In this document: positions 13,215 to 26,579 of the stretch, piece after piece | How the letters are laid out: every line of letters starts with the position of its first letter | Numbering within the stretch: the first letter of the stretch is position 1 | From: Eledone cirrhosa | Taxonomy: Eukaryota | Length of the DNA: 64,000 nucleotides | Assembly: GCA_964016885.1 (NCBI GenBank) | Contig: OZ024744.1 | Span: forward strand, 111,786,001-111,850,000 | Direction of reading: 5' to 3' | The notes under the pieces: generated by a model | Told to the model about the DNA's origin: nothing | The model's input: the letters and a program-made list of their open reading frames with translations, nothing else | The model's database searches: none | Translations under genes and position numbers: made by a program

Positions 13215-13813
13215 ATGGTGGCTGCCAACTCGTTTTCGAGTACGGCCACTACTTTATATCCATGTAGGAGAACTCCTACCGATGCGCTGAACGAGTGTGA
13301 CTTTTTAGTCCAGCCAGCGACTTGAAAACTCTGGTACAAACACTACACTTGTGACAATTATTGACACATAGTGCTGGGCCCATGGTACCATGTGACGACA
13401 AGTGCAGAGAGATCTCCAGATATAAAGCAATGCCTGTGCCGTGAAGCTTTTATAGTGAGCAAAGGCACTGCACAAAGCCAGTCCCACTCTCTTAACCAAG
13501 ATGATATTTACCAAAAAGAATAACAAGTCAACATCATTGGATACCATCAGGGTTGCAGGTGTTATATCAGAGTTTTCCTTCTCCTAGAATTCTGCCTTGA
13601 CAAAGGCTAAGGGGTCATCTCTCCCAGTGCTTTTGTATGGCCATTGACTCTTGAGAGTTCCTTTGCCCTTTGACAGGTTTTGTTTTTAGTCTTGCAGGAT
13701 GTCCAAAGTCACCCTCCTCACCAAGAAACCTTGGTGGGGTTGCCAGTTTAGTCGCCAACGATCCGACCATGAGACAGGTTGTACTGGGATACATGTTACC
13801 AGTAGCACCACAC
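13215..13813 (-). mobile_element. Non-coding about 600-bp retroposon with RTE-5'UTR-like motif (longer copy)
   Basis: About 410 bp nearly identical to 59354-59765; contains ggcag..ctaggagaaggaaaactctga; both copies end at ggcagccaccat. Confidence 0.7.
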
Positions 13814-13823
13814 ATGCATACAT

Positions 13824-13857
<34 letters not shown>

Positions 13858-14684
13858 CTCACATACATATATATACATATATATATTTATATACACATAC
13901 ATACATATATATATACATATATATATTTATATACACATACACATACATACATATATACATATATATATACATATATATATTGATATACACATACACAAAT
14001 ATATATATAGACATATACACATATATCTATATATACACACATATATATATATATACATATATATATACATATACACATATATCTATATATACACACATAT
14101 ATATATACATATATATATACACATATATATATACATATATATATATATATAAATATATATATGTATACACATATCATATACATATATCATATATATATAT
14201 ATATGTGTATACAAATATCATATATATTTATATGTGTATACATATATCATATATATATATATATGTGTATACAAATATCATATATATATATATATATGTG
14301 TATACATATATCATATATATTTATATATATATATATATGTATACATATATCATATATATATATATATATATATATATCATATATATATATATCATATATA
14401 TATATATATATATACATATATATATCATATACATATATATATCATATATATATATATATATATATGTATACATATATCATATATATATATCTATCATATA
14501 TATATATCATATATATATATATATATCATATATATATATATATCATATATATATATATAATATGTATACATATATCATATATATATCATATATATATATA
14601 TATATGATATATGTATATCATATATATATCATATATATATATCTACACATATATATATATGTATACATATATCGTATATATATA

Positions 14685-15026
14685 TCATCATCATCATTTC
14701 ATTTTACGTCCGCTTTTTCCCTCCTTGCAAGGGTGGGACGGGAACTGATGCTGGCTTGATTTCTACAGCTGGATGCCCTTCCTAACACCAACCTCATTTA
14801 CAGTGAGTGCTGGGTGCTTTTTTGCTGTGGCACCTCCACGACCACTTTACAGTGGAATGATATGGACCCCAGTCCCTATCATCTCATTTCTACAGCTGAG
14901 TAAACTGGAGCAATGTGAAATAAAGTGTCTTGCTCAAGGAAACAACACATCACCCGGTCTGAGAATTGAACTCACAACCTTTCGATTGCAAGCCCAATGC
15001 TCTAACCACTAAGCCATGTGCCTCCA
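14685..15026 (-). mobile_element. CORE-type SINE copy
   Basis: Near-identical to 1416-1765; head-only copy at 17613-17670. Confidence 0.85.
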
Positions 15027-15184
15027 TATATATCATATATACAATATGTATATATATATCATATATAATATATATCATATATATAATATGTATACATATC
15101 ATATATACTACATATATATTATATATATATATCATATATATATATATATAATATGTATACATATATCATATATAATATATATAT

Positions 15185-15492
15185 CCACACCACCCCCTTA
15201 AATGTGAAGTTATGTTGGTACCACAACATCCAGGCCGAAACAAATGAGGTCGTGTCGGTGTCACGAAAAAAAAAACACACACCGTCCACAATGTAATGTG
15301 GCCGTGTAGGTAACACGGTAAAAACCTCCCAGTCCACACTGTAAACGTGGTTGATGTTAGGAAGGGCATCCAACCGTAGAAAACCCGCCAGACAGTCCTA
15401 TACGAGCGAGACGACCAATCTTGCCTTGAGTGGGAGAACTCCCGTCCAAACCCATGCAAGCGTGGAAGATGGACGTTAAACGATGATGATGC
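15185..15492 (+). mobile_element. RTE 3' UTR-only copy
   Basis: Same UTR as 17820-18130; related copies at about 9680-9950 (-), 20725-21133 (+) and 38030-38490 (+). Confidence 0.8.
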
Positions 15493-15534
15493 ATAAGGTA
15501 AGTATATACATTCAACAATCTGGCAGGAAAAAAT

Positions 15535-15577
15535 ACGTTGCTGACGATAGCTAATAAGCTTGAAACTAGTACAACGT
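15535..15577 (+). ncRNA. Minimal type-I hammerhead ribozyme, intact core
   Basis: acgttg-CTGACGA-t-agct-aata-agct-t-GAAAC-ta-GTA-caacgt. Stem I 6 bp, stem II 4 bp, palindromic stem III ACTAGT; predicted cleavage after 15571. Confidence 0.85.
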
Positions 15578-16089
15578 TCCTTTGTCAGTGTTGAACAAAC
15601 GAGCACCGATGGTTGCTAGACACTATGGCTTAATGCGGGATGTTTGTTTACAAACAAACCGTGCATTATAATAAATATTCGGTGAATCCATACGTACATA
15701 TATATATGTGTGCATGTATGTATATATATATACATACTACTGTACGTCTGTATACATATATGTATGTACGTGTACATACTTATATTTAAGTAACAGCCGT
15801 ACTAAGAGTCGGAAATGAAATTTCGTTTAATTTTTTTCCGTTTATATATATATATATATATACATATATATATGTATACATATATATATATATAATGATC
15901 ATCATCATATATTTATATATATCATATATATATGATGTATATATATATATATGATATATATATATATATATATGATATATATATATATATATGATATATA
16001 TATATATATATGATATATATATATATATATGATATATATATATATATATGATATATATATATATATATATAGGAACCAGTAAGACCCCG

Positions 16090-16289
16090 NNNNNNNNNNN
16101 NNNNNNNNNNNNNNNNNNNNNNNNNNNNNNNNNNNNNNNNNNNNNNNNNNNNNNNNNNNNNNNNNNNNNNNNNNNNNNNNNNNNNNNNNNNNNNNNNNNN
16201 NNNNNNNNNNNNNNNNNNNNNNNNNNNNNNNNNNNNNNNNNNNNNNNNNNNNNNNNNNNNNNNNNNNNNNNNNNNNNNNNNNNNNNNNN
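16090..16289. other. Assembly gap (200 N) inside a TA/CA microsatellite
   Basis: Run of N characters. Confidence 1.
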
Positions 16290-16846
16290 CACATATATAT
16301 ATACACATATATATATATACACATATATATATATACACATATATATATATACACATATATATATATACACATATATATATATACACATATATATATATAC
16401 ACATATATATATATACACATATATATATATACACATATATATATATACACATATATATATACATATATATATATATACACATATATATATACATATATAT
16501 ATATATACACATATATATATATACACATATATATATATACACATATATATATACATATATACACATATATATATACATATATACACATATATATATACAC
16601 ATATATATATACATATATATATACATATATATATATACACATATATATATACACATATATATATATACACATATATATATATACACATATATATATATAT
16701 ACACATATATATATACACACATATATATATGTACACATATATATATATACACACATATATATATATACACATATATATATATACACATATATATATATAC
16801 ACATATATATATATACACATATATATACACATATATATATATACAC

Positions 16847-16877
<31 letters not shown>

Positions 16878-17344
16878 CACATATATATATACATATATAT
16901 ATACATATATATATACACATATATACATATATATATATATACACATATATATATATATACATATATATATATACACATATATATATACATATATATATAT
17001 ACACATATATATATATGCACATATATATATATATACACATATATACATATATATATATATACACATATATACACATATATACATATATATATACACATAT
17101 ATACATATATATATACATATATATACACATATATATATACACATATATACACATATATATACACATATATATACACATATATATACATATATATATATAT
17201 ATACATATATATATACACATATATATACATATACATATACATATATATATACACATATATATACATATACATATATATATACATATACATACATATATAT
17301 ATATATATACATATATATACACACATATATATACATATATATAC

Positions 17345-17375
<31 letters not shown>

Positions 17376-17424
17376 CATATATATACATACATATATATAC
17401 ATATATATACATACATATATATAC

Positions 17425-17478
<54 letters not shown>

Positions 17479-17480
17479 AC

Positions 17481-17520
<40 letters not shown>

Positions 17521-17531
17521 ACATATATAAC

Positions 17532-17569
<38 letters not shown>

Positions 17570-17700
17570 CATATATATATACATGTATATATATACATAT
17601 ATACATATATAATGGAGGCACATGGGTTAGTGGTTAGAGCATTGGTCTTGCAATCGAAAGGTTGCAATCGAACGGTCGCATTTTGAAAGGTATATATTGT

Positions 17701-17763
17701 ATTTTGTCTGATGAAGGCATACCATAATTTAACTAGGTATCCTTGAAATATGTATAACGAAAT
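17701..17763 (+). ncRNA. Type-I hammerhead ribozyme, intact core
   Basis: attttgt-CTGATGA-aggcatacc...ggtatcctt-GAAAT-atgt-ATA-acgaaat. Stem I 7 bp (one GU), long stem II, near-palindromic stem III; cleavage after 17756. Confidence 0.8.
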
Positions 17764-17819
17764 AAATATGGTTTTATAAATATAGTTTCCATTTGTTAAT
17801 ATCGTATATATATATATAT

Positions 17820-18776
17820 CATCATCATCATCAGGTTTAGCGTCCGTGTTCCACGCTTGCATGGGTTTGGACGGGGGTTTTCCCACTTGAGGCAAGAGTG
17901 GTTGTATTGGACGCATAGGACTGTCTGGCGGGTTTTCTACAGCTGGATGCCCCTCCTAACACCAACCACGTTTACAGTGTGGGGCTGGGAGGTTTTTATC
18001 GTGTTGTCTACACGACCACATTTACAGCGTGGACTGTGTTTTTTTTATCTTGACACCTACACGATCTCATTTGTTTCGGCCTGGATGTTGTGGGACCAAC
18101 AGAACTTTACATTGAAAGGGGCGGTGTGGATGGGGTGGAGGTGGTGGGACGGGGGGGGGGGTGTTTTGTTAGAGATGCCTACTGACTGTAGTAGGTTTTT
18201 ACTTTGTATTTAGGTAAGGCGGGTCTTCTCTGTTACTGAGTACCGCCAAAGGTCTCGGTCCAGTGACATTGTCTTGGAGAGGTGTAAGCGTGTGAGGTCG
18301 GAATTTATCAGCTCGTCCCATGTTTTTCTGGGTCTGCCTATTCCGTGACTACCGTCTATCTTTATTGCCCTGCACTTTGTTATACAGCTGTCGTCTTTCA
18401 TGCCCGTCACGTGACCGTACCAACGTAGCCTTCTCTCGAGTAAACAACATCTGATCCCTTTTATTTCTAATTTTTTCCTTAGTTCATTTATGCTTTGCCG
18501 TTCACGTATATTACTATTGCACATCCAGCGGAGCATGCAAGCTTCGTTCCTCTCTAGTCTGCGTATATCCTCTGCACACAATGCCCAGGTCTCACTGCCA
18601 TGCAGCATTGCTGTTCGTATGCAGGCATCGTATAACCTGCCTTTCATTTTTAGGGAGAACCCTCTAGCGGCTAATAGTGGTATAAGCTCTCTGAACTTTT
18701 TCCATCCAGTTCTGACTCTAGCTACTGTACTTTCAGAGCACCCTCCCCCACTGCTGATTTTGTTACCCGGGTAACG
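17820..18776 (-). mobile_element. RTE-clade LINE 3' fragment
   Basis: [12 protein letters not shown]...MLHGSETW...RRLRWYGHV...GRPRKTW, followed by the shared 3' UTR and (GAT)n tail. Confidence 0.92.
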
Positions 18777-18816
18777 ACATATATATATATACATATATAT
18801 GTATATACATATATAC

Positions 18817-18848
<32 letters not shown>

Positions 18849-18884
18849 ATATATACATATATATGTATATACATATATATATAC

Positions 18885-18915
<31 letters not shown>

Positions 18916-18942
18916 CATATATATATATACATATATATATAC

Positions 18943-18975
<33 letters not shown>

Positions 18976-19052
18976 CATATATATACATATATATATATAT
19001 ACATATATATACATATATATATATATACATATATATATATACATATATATAC

Positions 19053-19083
<31 letters not shown>

Positions 19084-19093
19084 CATATGTATA

Positions 19094-19160
19094 TACTCTT
19101 TTACTCTTTTACCTGTTTCAGCCATCCGGCTGAGGCCATGCTGGGGCACCGCCCTTGTTT
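19094..19160 (-). mobile_element. 3' tail fragment of an abundant octopus-type SINE
   Basis: tactcttttactcttttacctgtttcagccatccggctgaggccatgctggggcaccgcc, recognised from memory of octopus repeats. Confidence 0.55.
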
Positions 19161-19226
19161 CTACACATTTTATCCCCAGCCTGTATAGGTTGGCCACTGG
19201 TGTAAGAGGGAGTTTGTTGCTGCATT

Positions 19227-19280
<54 letters not shown>

Positions 19281-19471
19281 CATACACATATTTATATACA
19301 TATATATATATACATATATTTATATATACACATATTTACATATACATACACATATTTACATACACATACACATATATATATATATACATATACATACACA
19401 TATATATATACATACAGATAGATATATATATATACAGATAGATATATATATATACAGATAGATATATATAT

Positions 19472-19504
<33 letters not shown>

Positions 19505-20270
19505 CATACACATATATATACACACACATATATACACATATATATATACACACATATATATACACATATATATACACACATATATATATACATACACACA
19601 CACATATATATATATATATACATACATACACACATATATATACATACATACACATATATATATATATACATACATACACACATATATATATATACATACA
19701 TACATACACACATATATATATATACATACATACATACACACATATATATATATACATACATACATACATACACACATATATATATATACATACATACATA
19801 CACACATATATATATATACATACATAAATACACATATATATATATATACATACATACATACACATATATATATATACATACATACATACACATATATATA
19901 TATATACATACACACATATATATATATATACATACACACACATATATATATATATATATAGATACATACACACACACATATATATATATACATACATACA
20001 CACACACATATATATATATACATACATACACATATATACACACATATATATATATATACATACACATATATATATACATACACACATATACACACACACA
20101 TATATACACACACACACACACATATATATATATACATACATACACATATATATACACACATATATACACACACACACATATATATATATATATACATACA
20201 TACACATATATATACACACATATATATATATACATATATATATACATACATACACATATATATACACACA

Positions 20271-20310
<40 letters not shown>

Positions 20311-20359
20311 CATACATATATATATATACATACACACATATATATATATACATACACAC

Positions 20360-20392
<33 letters not shown>

Positions 20393-20651
20393 CATACATA
20401 CATATATATATATACATACATACATATATATATATACATACACATATATATATATATACATACACATATATATATATATACATACACACATATATATATA
20501 TACATACACACATATATATATATACATACACACACATATATATATACATACACACACATATATATATACATACACACATATATATATACATACACACATA
20601 TATACATATCTATACATATATATGTATATATGTATATATATATACATACAT

Positions 20652-20690
<39 letters not shown>

Positions 20691-20724
20691 CATATCATAT
20701 ATATATTTATCATATATTACCAGC

Positions 20725-21133
20725 CTTTCAATGTAAAGTTATGTTGGTACCACAACACCCAGGCAGTAATAAATGAGGTCGTGTAGGTGTCACGAAAAAA
20801 AAAAACACAACACAGTCCACGCTGTAATGTGGCCGTGTAGGTAACACGGTAAAAACCTCCCAGTCCACACTGTAAATGTGGTTGGTGTTAGGAAGGGCAT
20901 CCAGCTGTAGAAAACCCGCCAGACGGTCCACGCTGTAATGTGGCCGTGTAGGCAACACGGTAAAAACCTCCCAGTCCACACTGTAAACGTGGTTGGTGTT
21001 AGGAAGGGCATCCAGCTGTAGAAAACCCGCCAGACAGTCCTATGCGAGGAAGACAACCAATCTTGCCTCAAGTGGGAGAACTCCCGTCCAAACCCATGCT
21101 AGCGTGGAATATGGACGTTAAACGATGATGATG
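20725..21133 (+). mobile_element. RTE 3' UTR copy with internal tandem duplication
   Basis: About 110-bp block (gtccacgctgtaatgtggcc...aaacccgccagac) present twice. Confidence 0.8.
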
Positions 21134-21166
<33 letters not shown>

Positions 21167-22651
21167 TATAAATATATATATATAATATACATATATATAT
21201 ATATATACATATATATAAATATATATATATAATATACATATTTATATATATATACATATATATAAATATATATATATAATATACATATTTATATATATAT
21301 ACATATATATAAATATATATATATAATATACATAAATATATATATATAATATACATATTTATATATATAATATAGATAAATATATATATATAATATACAT
21401 ATATATATATAATATACATATATATATATAATATACATATATATATATATATATATATAATATACATAAATATATATATATAATATACATATATATAAAT
21501 ATATATATATAATATACATATATATAAATATATATATATAATATACATATATATAAATATATATATATAATATACATATATATAAATATATATATATAAT
21601 ATACATATATATAAATATATATATATAATATACATATATATAAATATATATATATAATATACATATATATAAATATATATATATAATATACATATATATA
21701 AATATATATATATAATATACATATATATAAATATATATATATAATATACATATATAATATACATATATATAAATATATATATATAATATACATATATATA
21801 AATATATATATATAATATACATATATATAAATATATATATATAATATACATATATATAAATATATAATATACATAATATACATATATATAAATATATAAT
21901 ATACATATATATAATATATATATATAGATATATTTATATAATATACATATATAATATACATATATATAAATATATATATATAAATATGATATATATGATA
22001 TTTATATGTATATGACATATATATGATATATAGACATATATGACATATACATATATGATATATATATATGTATATGACATGATATATATGATATATCTAT
22101 ATATATATGCCATATATATGATATATATATATATATATAAGACATATATATGATATATATATATATATATAAGACATATATATGATATATATATATATAT
22201 ATAAGACATATATATGATATATATATATATATAAGACATATATATGATATATATATATAAGACATATATATGATATATATATATAAGACATATATATATA
22301 AGACATATATATGATATATATATATATATATAAGACATATATGATATATATATATATATGACATATATATGATATATATATATATATGACATATATATGA
22401 TATATATATATATATGACATATATATGATATATATATATATAAGACATATATATGATATATATATATATAAGACATATATATGATATATATATATATAAG
22501 ACATATATATGATATATATATATATAAGACATATATATGATATATATATATATAAGACATATATATGATATATATATATATAAGACATATATATGATATA
22601 TATATATATAAGACATATATATGATATATATATATCTATAAGACATATATA

Positions 22652-22693
<42 letters not shown>

Positions 22694-23011
22694 CATATAT
22701 ATATATATATGACATATATATATATATATGATATATCTATATATATGATATATCTATATATATATATGCCATATATATGATATATATGATATATCTGTAT
22801 ATATATGATATATCTGTATATATAAATATAAATATATATATATATGATACATATATATATATCATAACTATATATATATGAGATATATATAATTATAAAT
22901 ATAAATGGACGTAAAATGATGATGATGATGATGATATATATATATATATATATATCATATATGTGTGTGTGTGAAAGTTAAAGAGAAATAACGCTTGAAA
23001 TAACAGGAAGA

Positions 23012-23052
23012 GTGTCGTAACGTTTCGGACGCTAGTCCTTCATCAGAATAAA
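23012..23052 (-). ncRNA. Hammerhead core with degraded stem I
   Basis: Reverse complement reads CTGATGA-a-ggac-tagc-gtcc-GAAAC-GTTA. Core and stem II are perfect, but the flanks do not pair as stem I. Confidence 0.55.
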
Positions 23053-23204
23053 GAATAAGAAATTAGAAAGATTGAAGTGACGGGGCGGGGCGGGGTTGAA
23101 TCGTAAAAAATTGTCTTTAGAGATAAATAACAGGTACATTCATGTTGCCATGTCTCTATATACGGGAGTATTGATAGACAGACATACATACAGATATATA
23201 TAGG

Positions 23205-23283
<79 letters not shown>

Positions 23284-23328
23284 ATAGTGAGAGATTCATA
23301 GGTGTATATATATAGAGAATGAATTTAC

Positions 23329-23434
23329 CTCCTGCTTTCCGGATAACACGTAAGTCCAATCCTTGATGGGAATCATGGAAGTTGGTAGATTTTTTTTTAT
23401 TTAGTGAGAGATCAACAGGTTCTGTTTGAACAGG
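23329..23434 (-). CDS. Internal exon of the KLF3/8/12-like gene carrying a CtBP-binding motif (PVQTEPVDLSLNKKK...GLDLRVIRKAG)
   Basis: Acceptor ttttcattgcag|CCT (phase 0) and donor GGAG|gtaaat (phase 1), 106 nt. QTEPVDLS.NK resembles the vertebrate KLF12/KLF3/KLF8 PVDLS/T region. No C2H2 exons were found in the window, so the family call rests on this motif. Confidence 0.7.
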
Positions 23435-23782
23435 CTGCAATGAAAATTGATTTACGTATAAAACAATGTATATATAATATATATACTTAAATAAACTGCA
23501 AAGACGACACATTTGAATAAATTATATACATCTAATATTATATATATATATATATATGTAAAAGGTAAACAGAAATAACAACACAATCGGTACAGTATAT
23601 GGAAGGAATACAAAACTTTATGTAAATTACTCGCATGTAATTATATATATATATATACATATATATATATAATATATTTATATTATATGTGTATAAACAC
23701 ATATGCATATGCTTGTATACATACTATATAATTATACATTAGATTATTTAGATTTCTCTCTCTCTCACTCTCTGTATATATT

Positions 23783-23817
<35 letters not shown>

Positions 23818-23885
23818 GTCTGCCTCTCTGTTTAGTTCCCGTCCAAATTAGCAGTGTATATATATATATATATATATATTTCATT

Positions 23886-23927
<42 letters not shown>

Positions 23928-24089
23928 TGTGTGTATATATATAAACAAATACACAATTGCCAGACATGTAACTTTTTAAGACAAATAGAAAATGTTTAAA
24001 CCATTTCTCCGCAGTCCACCGATCAGCGTATCTGGATGAATCTATGTGGGTGGGGTGAATATGTATACGTGTATGTATGTATGTGTGCT

Positions 24090-24178
<89 letters not shown>

Positions 24179-24419
24179 ATTATGTACGCGGATGTGTGTG
24201 CAAAGCGTGTATGTGTATGTATGTATGTATATATATTATATATGCGCGTGCCTGCGTATGGGTATGCTCTTGTTTATATAAATATATATAAATATATGTG
24301 TGTGTGTGTGTGTGCAAGGCGTGTATGTGTATGTGTATGTATATATGTATGTATATATATATATATATATATTATATATGCGCCTGCCTGCGTATGGGTA
24401 TGCTCTTGTTTATATAAAT

Positions 24420-24467
<48 letters not shown>

Positions 24468-24486
24468 ATGTTATAGTGGCACTTAC

Positions 24487-24678
24487 TGTCATAAACAATG
24501 CATTTTGTTGTGCACCATTGCTGCTGCTGCTGCTGCTGCTGTTGTTAATGTTGGTGCTGCTGCTGCTGCTGTTGCCGGCTGCAACAGCAGCAGCAGCCGC
24601 AGCAGCAAAAGCCGCGGCTGCCGGAAAAGCCAGTGCTTTGTAAACAACTTTGGGATTGGATTCTATTCCAAGAATCAT
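24487..24678 (-). CDS. Probable first coding exon of a KLF3/8/12-like transcriptional repressor (MILGIESNPK...poly-Ala/poly-Ser...NALFMT)
   Basis: ATG at 24678 opens 64 codons ending ACA|GTAAGT (consensus donor, phase 0). The phase matches the acceptor of the PVDLS exon 1.05 kb downstream. Ala/Ser homopolymers are typical of transcription-factor N-termini. Confidence 0.6.
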
Positions 24679-26028
24679 ATCCAAAAAAAAAAAAAAAAAA
24701 GACGGGATGGGGAGGGGACGGGGGAGTTGTTTGTTGGTTGGTTGGTTTGGGGTGGGGGGTGGGAGGGGGGGGCACCACAAAGAATTTAAAAGAAACAACT
24801 AGAACAAAACAAAGGAAGTGAAGAGGGGGGGGGATATAAAAAAACAAACAAACCAACAAAAACAAACAAACAAAATAAAAACAAACACACACACACACAA
24901 GACGGTATGGAATGAGTAGTTTAGGAAACAACAACAACAACAACACGAGTAGGTGTCCCTCCCCTCCTTAAGTGGGAGCTCCTCCGTTACATATAGAGAA
25001 ATAGAGGAGATATATGTTATATATGGAGGTATAAAATATGAATATCCACAGTGAATGCGTATAGTGTGAACAGCACTTCAATGATGGTGTATACATGGTT
25101 TAGGCTTTTTACTGTTGTTTCTCAGGTAAGCATATGTGCTGAACAACTCCATATATATTATGTAAAATATATAGATATATAGATATATAGATAGATAGAT
25201 GTATGTATGTATGTATGCGTGTATATACGTGTGAGAAGGAGTGTAAAGTAGAGGAGAGATATATAGATATATATATATATATGTGTATTATGTGTACAAC
25301 AACACACAACACACTCCTCTCTCTCTCACACACACACACACACCCAGTGTATAAGTGATGATGATGATAACGATGTCTGTACGGGTAGGTGTGGCTATAT
25401 CCTGTATTAATCCGTGCATGCGTGTGACTAAACACATACACACCGCTGGTCGACTTCGTTGGTTTGTCGTCGCCGTCGTCGTTGTTGTCGTTGTTGTTGT
25501 TGTCACTGTTTATTCCTCCCCATGTCAACCTTGATCGAACAGAAAGACCTATGCTTATGCTCAAAGGTGTTCCGACTATGACCATCTCGTCTTTGTTATT
25601 TCTTTTTTTAGGATTATCATGTCCTTTCCTTATTTAAGGCGCAGTGACGGGGTGTGATTGATATGAAGAAGGGAGGCAGATTTGGGTGCGAATTTTAACA
25701 GATCGAGTCACTACGTAGAGGCGCTCTCCCTAAAGATTTGTGATAATAATATAAATGTTGGCGAGACCGCATTGGTTTGGCTTGTTGCTCTGTATAGTCA
25801 AAGGCGTTTCGGCCACGGCCATCCTGTCTTTTATTCGGGCATCGTCTATCAAATAAATATCACATTAATCTCTCAAGACATCAGCATGTTTAAGACGGTG
25901 GCTATGAATTTAAGGGAAATTTGGCTGGTATTTCTAGTGGGTGAATTCATCGAACATGCAGAGGGACTGGCTCTTTTACTGTGTGTGTGTGTGTGTGTGT
26001 GTACTTGTTATAGAGCGCTCATGAGCTG

Positions 26029-26084
<56 letters not shown>

Positions 26085-26341
26085 ATATATATTTACACAC
26101 ACACACACAAGTGGTGTGACGTCGTGTCCATGTGTTAAACGTAGTAGCTCCTCTGCCAGTAATGACCACACGAGAAAGTAAAGCAACACCAGTCTTAATG
26201 TCCTATCACCACTACTACCACTACAACTAGTATTACCACTACTGCTGCTGCTACTACTACTACTATTACTCCTATTACTATAACAAATAGTTAAAAAATG
26301 ACGAACACACAGGTAAAAATAATTACACACACTTATATATA

Positions 26342-26399
<58 letters not shown>

Positions 26400-26401
<2 letters not shown>

Positions 26402-26520
26402 AGGGAGTTGGATTATAAGGAGAGAGAAGGGGGAGAAGGGGGTTGGGTTATAAAGGGGGAGAAGGGGGTTGGGTTATAAGGAGAGAGAAGGGGGAGAAGG
26501 GGGTTGGGTTATAAGGAGAG
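26400..26520. repeat. Short G-rich tandem repeat (3-4 units)
   Basis: aagggggttgggttataaggagagagaagggggag repeated. Confidence 0.8.
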
Positions 26521-26579
26521 AGAGAGAGAGTTCTCCGGTCTCTGCGAAGTAATATTAAAAACGGAAGACAAACAACTAG

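Larger units (their letters stand above)
11560..22960. repeat. Zone of very long compound (TA)/(CA) microsatellites interleaved with element fragments
   Basis: Major tracts at 11560-12505, 12730-13214, 13820-14685, 15845-17610, 18780-19093, 19228-20715 and 21135-22900, some with 26-30 bp higher-order units. Confidence 0.95.

Noticed and set aside
11513-22715. Very long ORFs rich in Y/I/C/V/M/H/T (up to 664 aa)
   Set aside because: They are translations of (TA)/(CA) microsatellites, which lack stops in several frames; some span the N gap.
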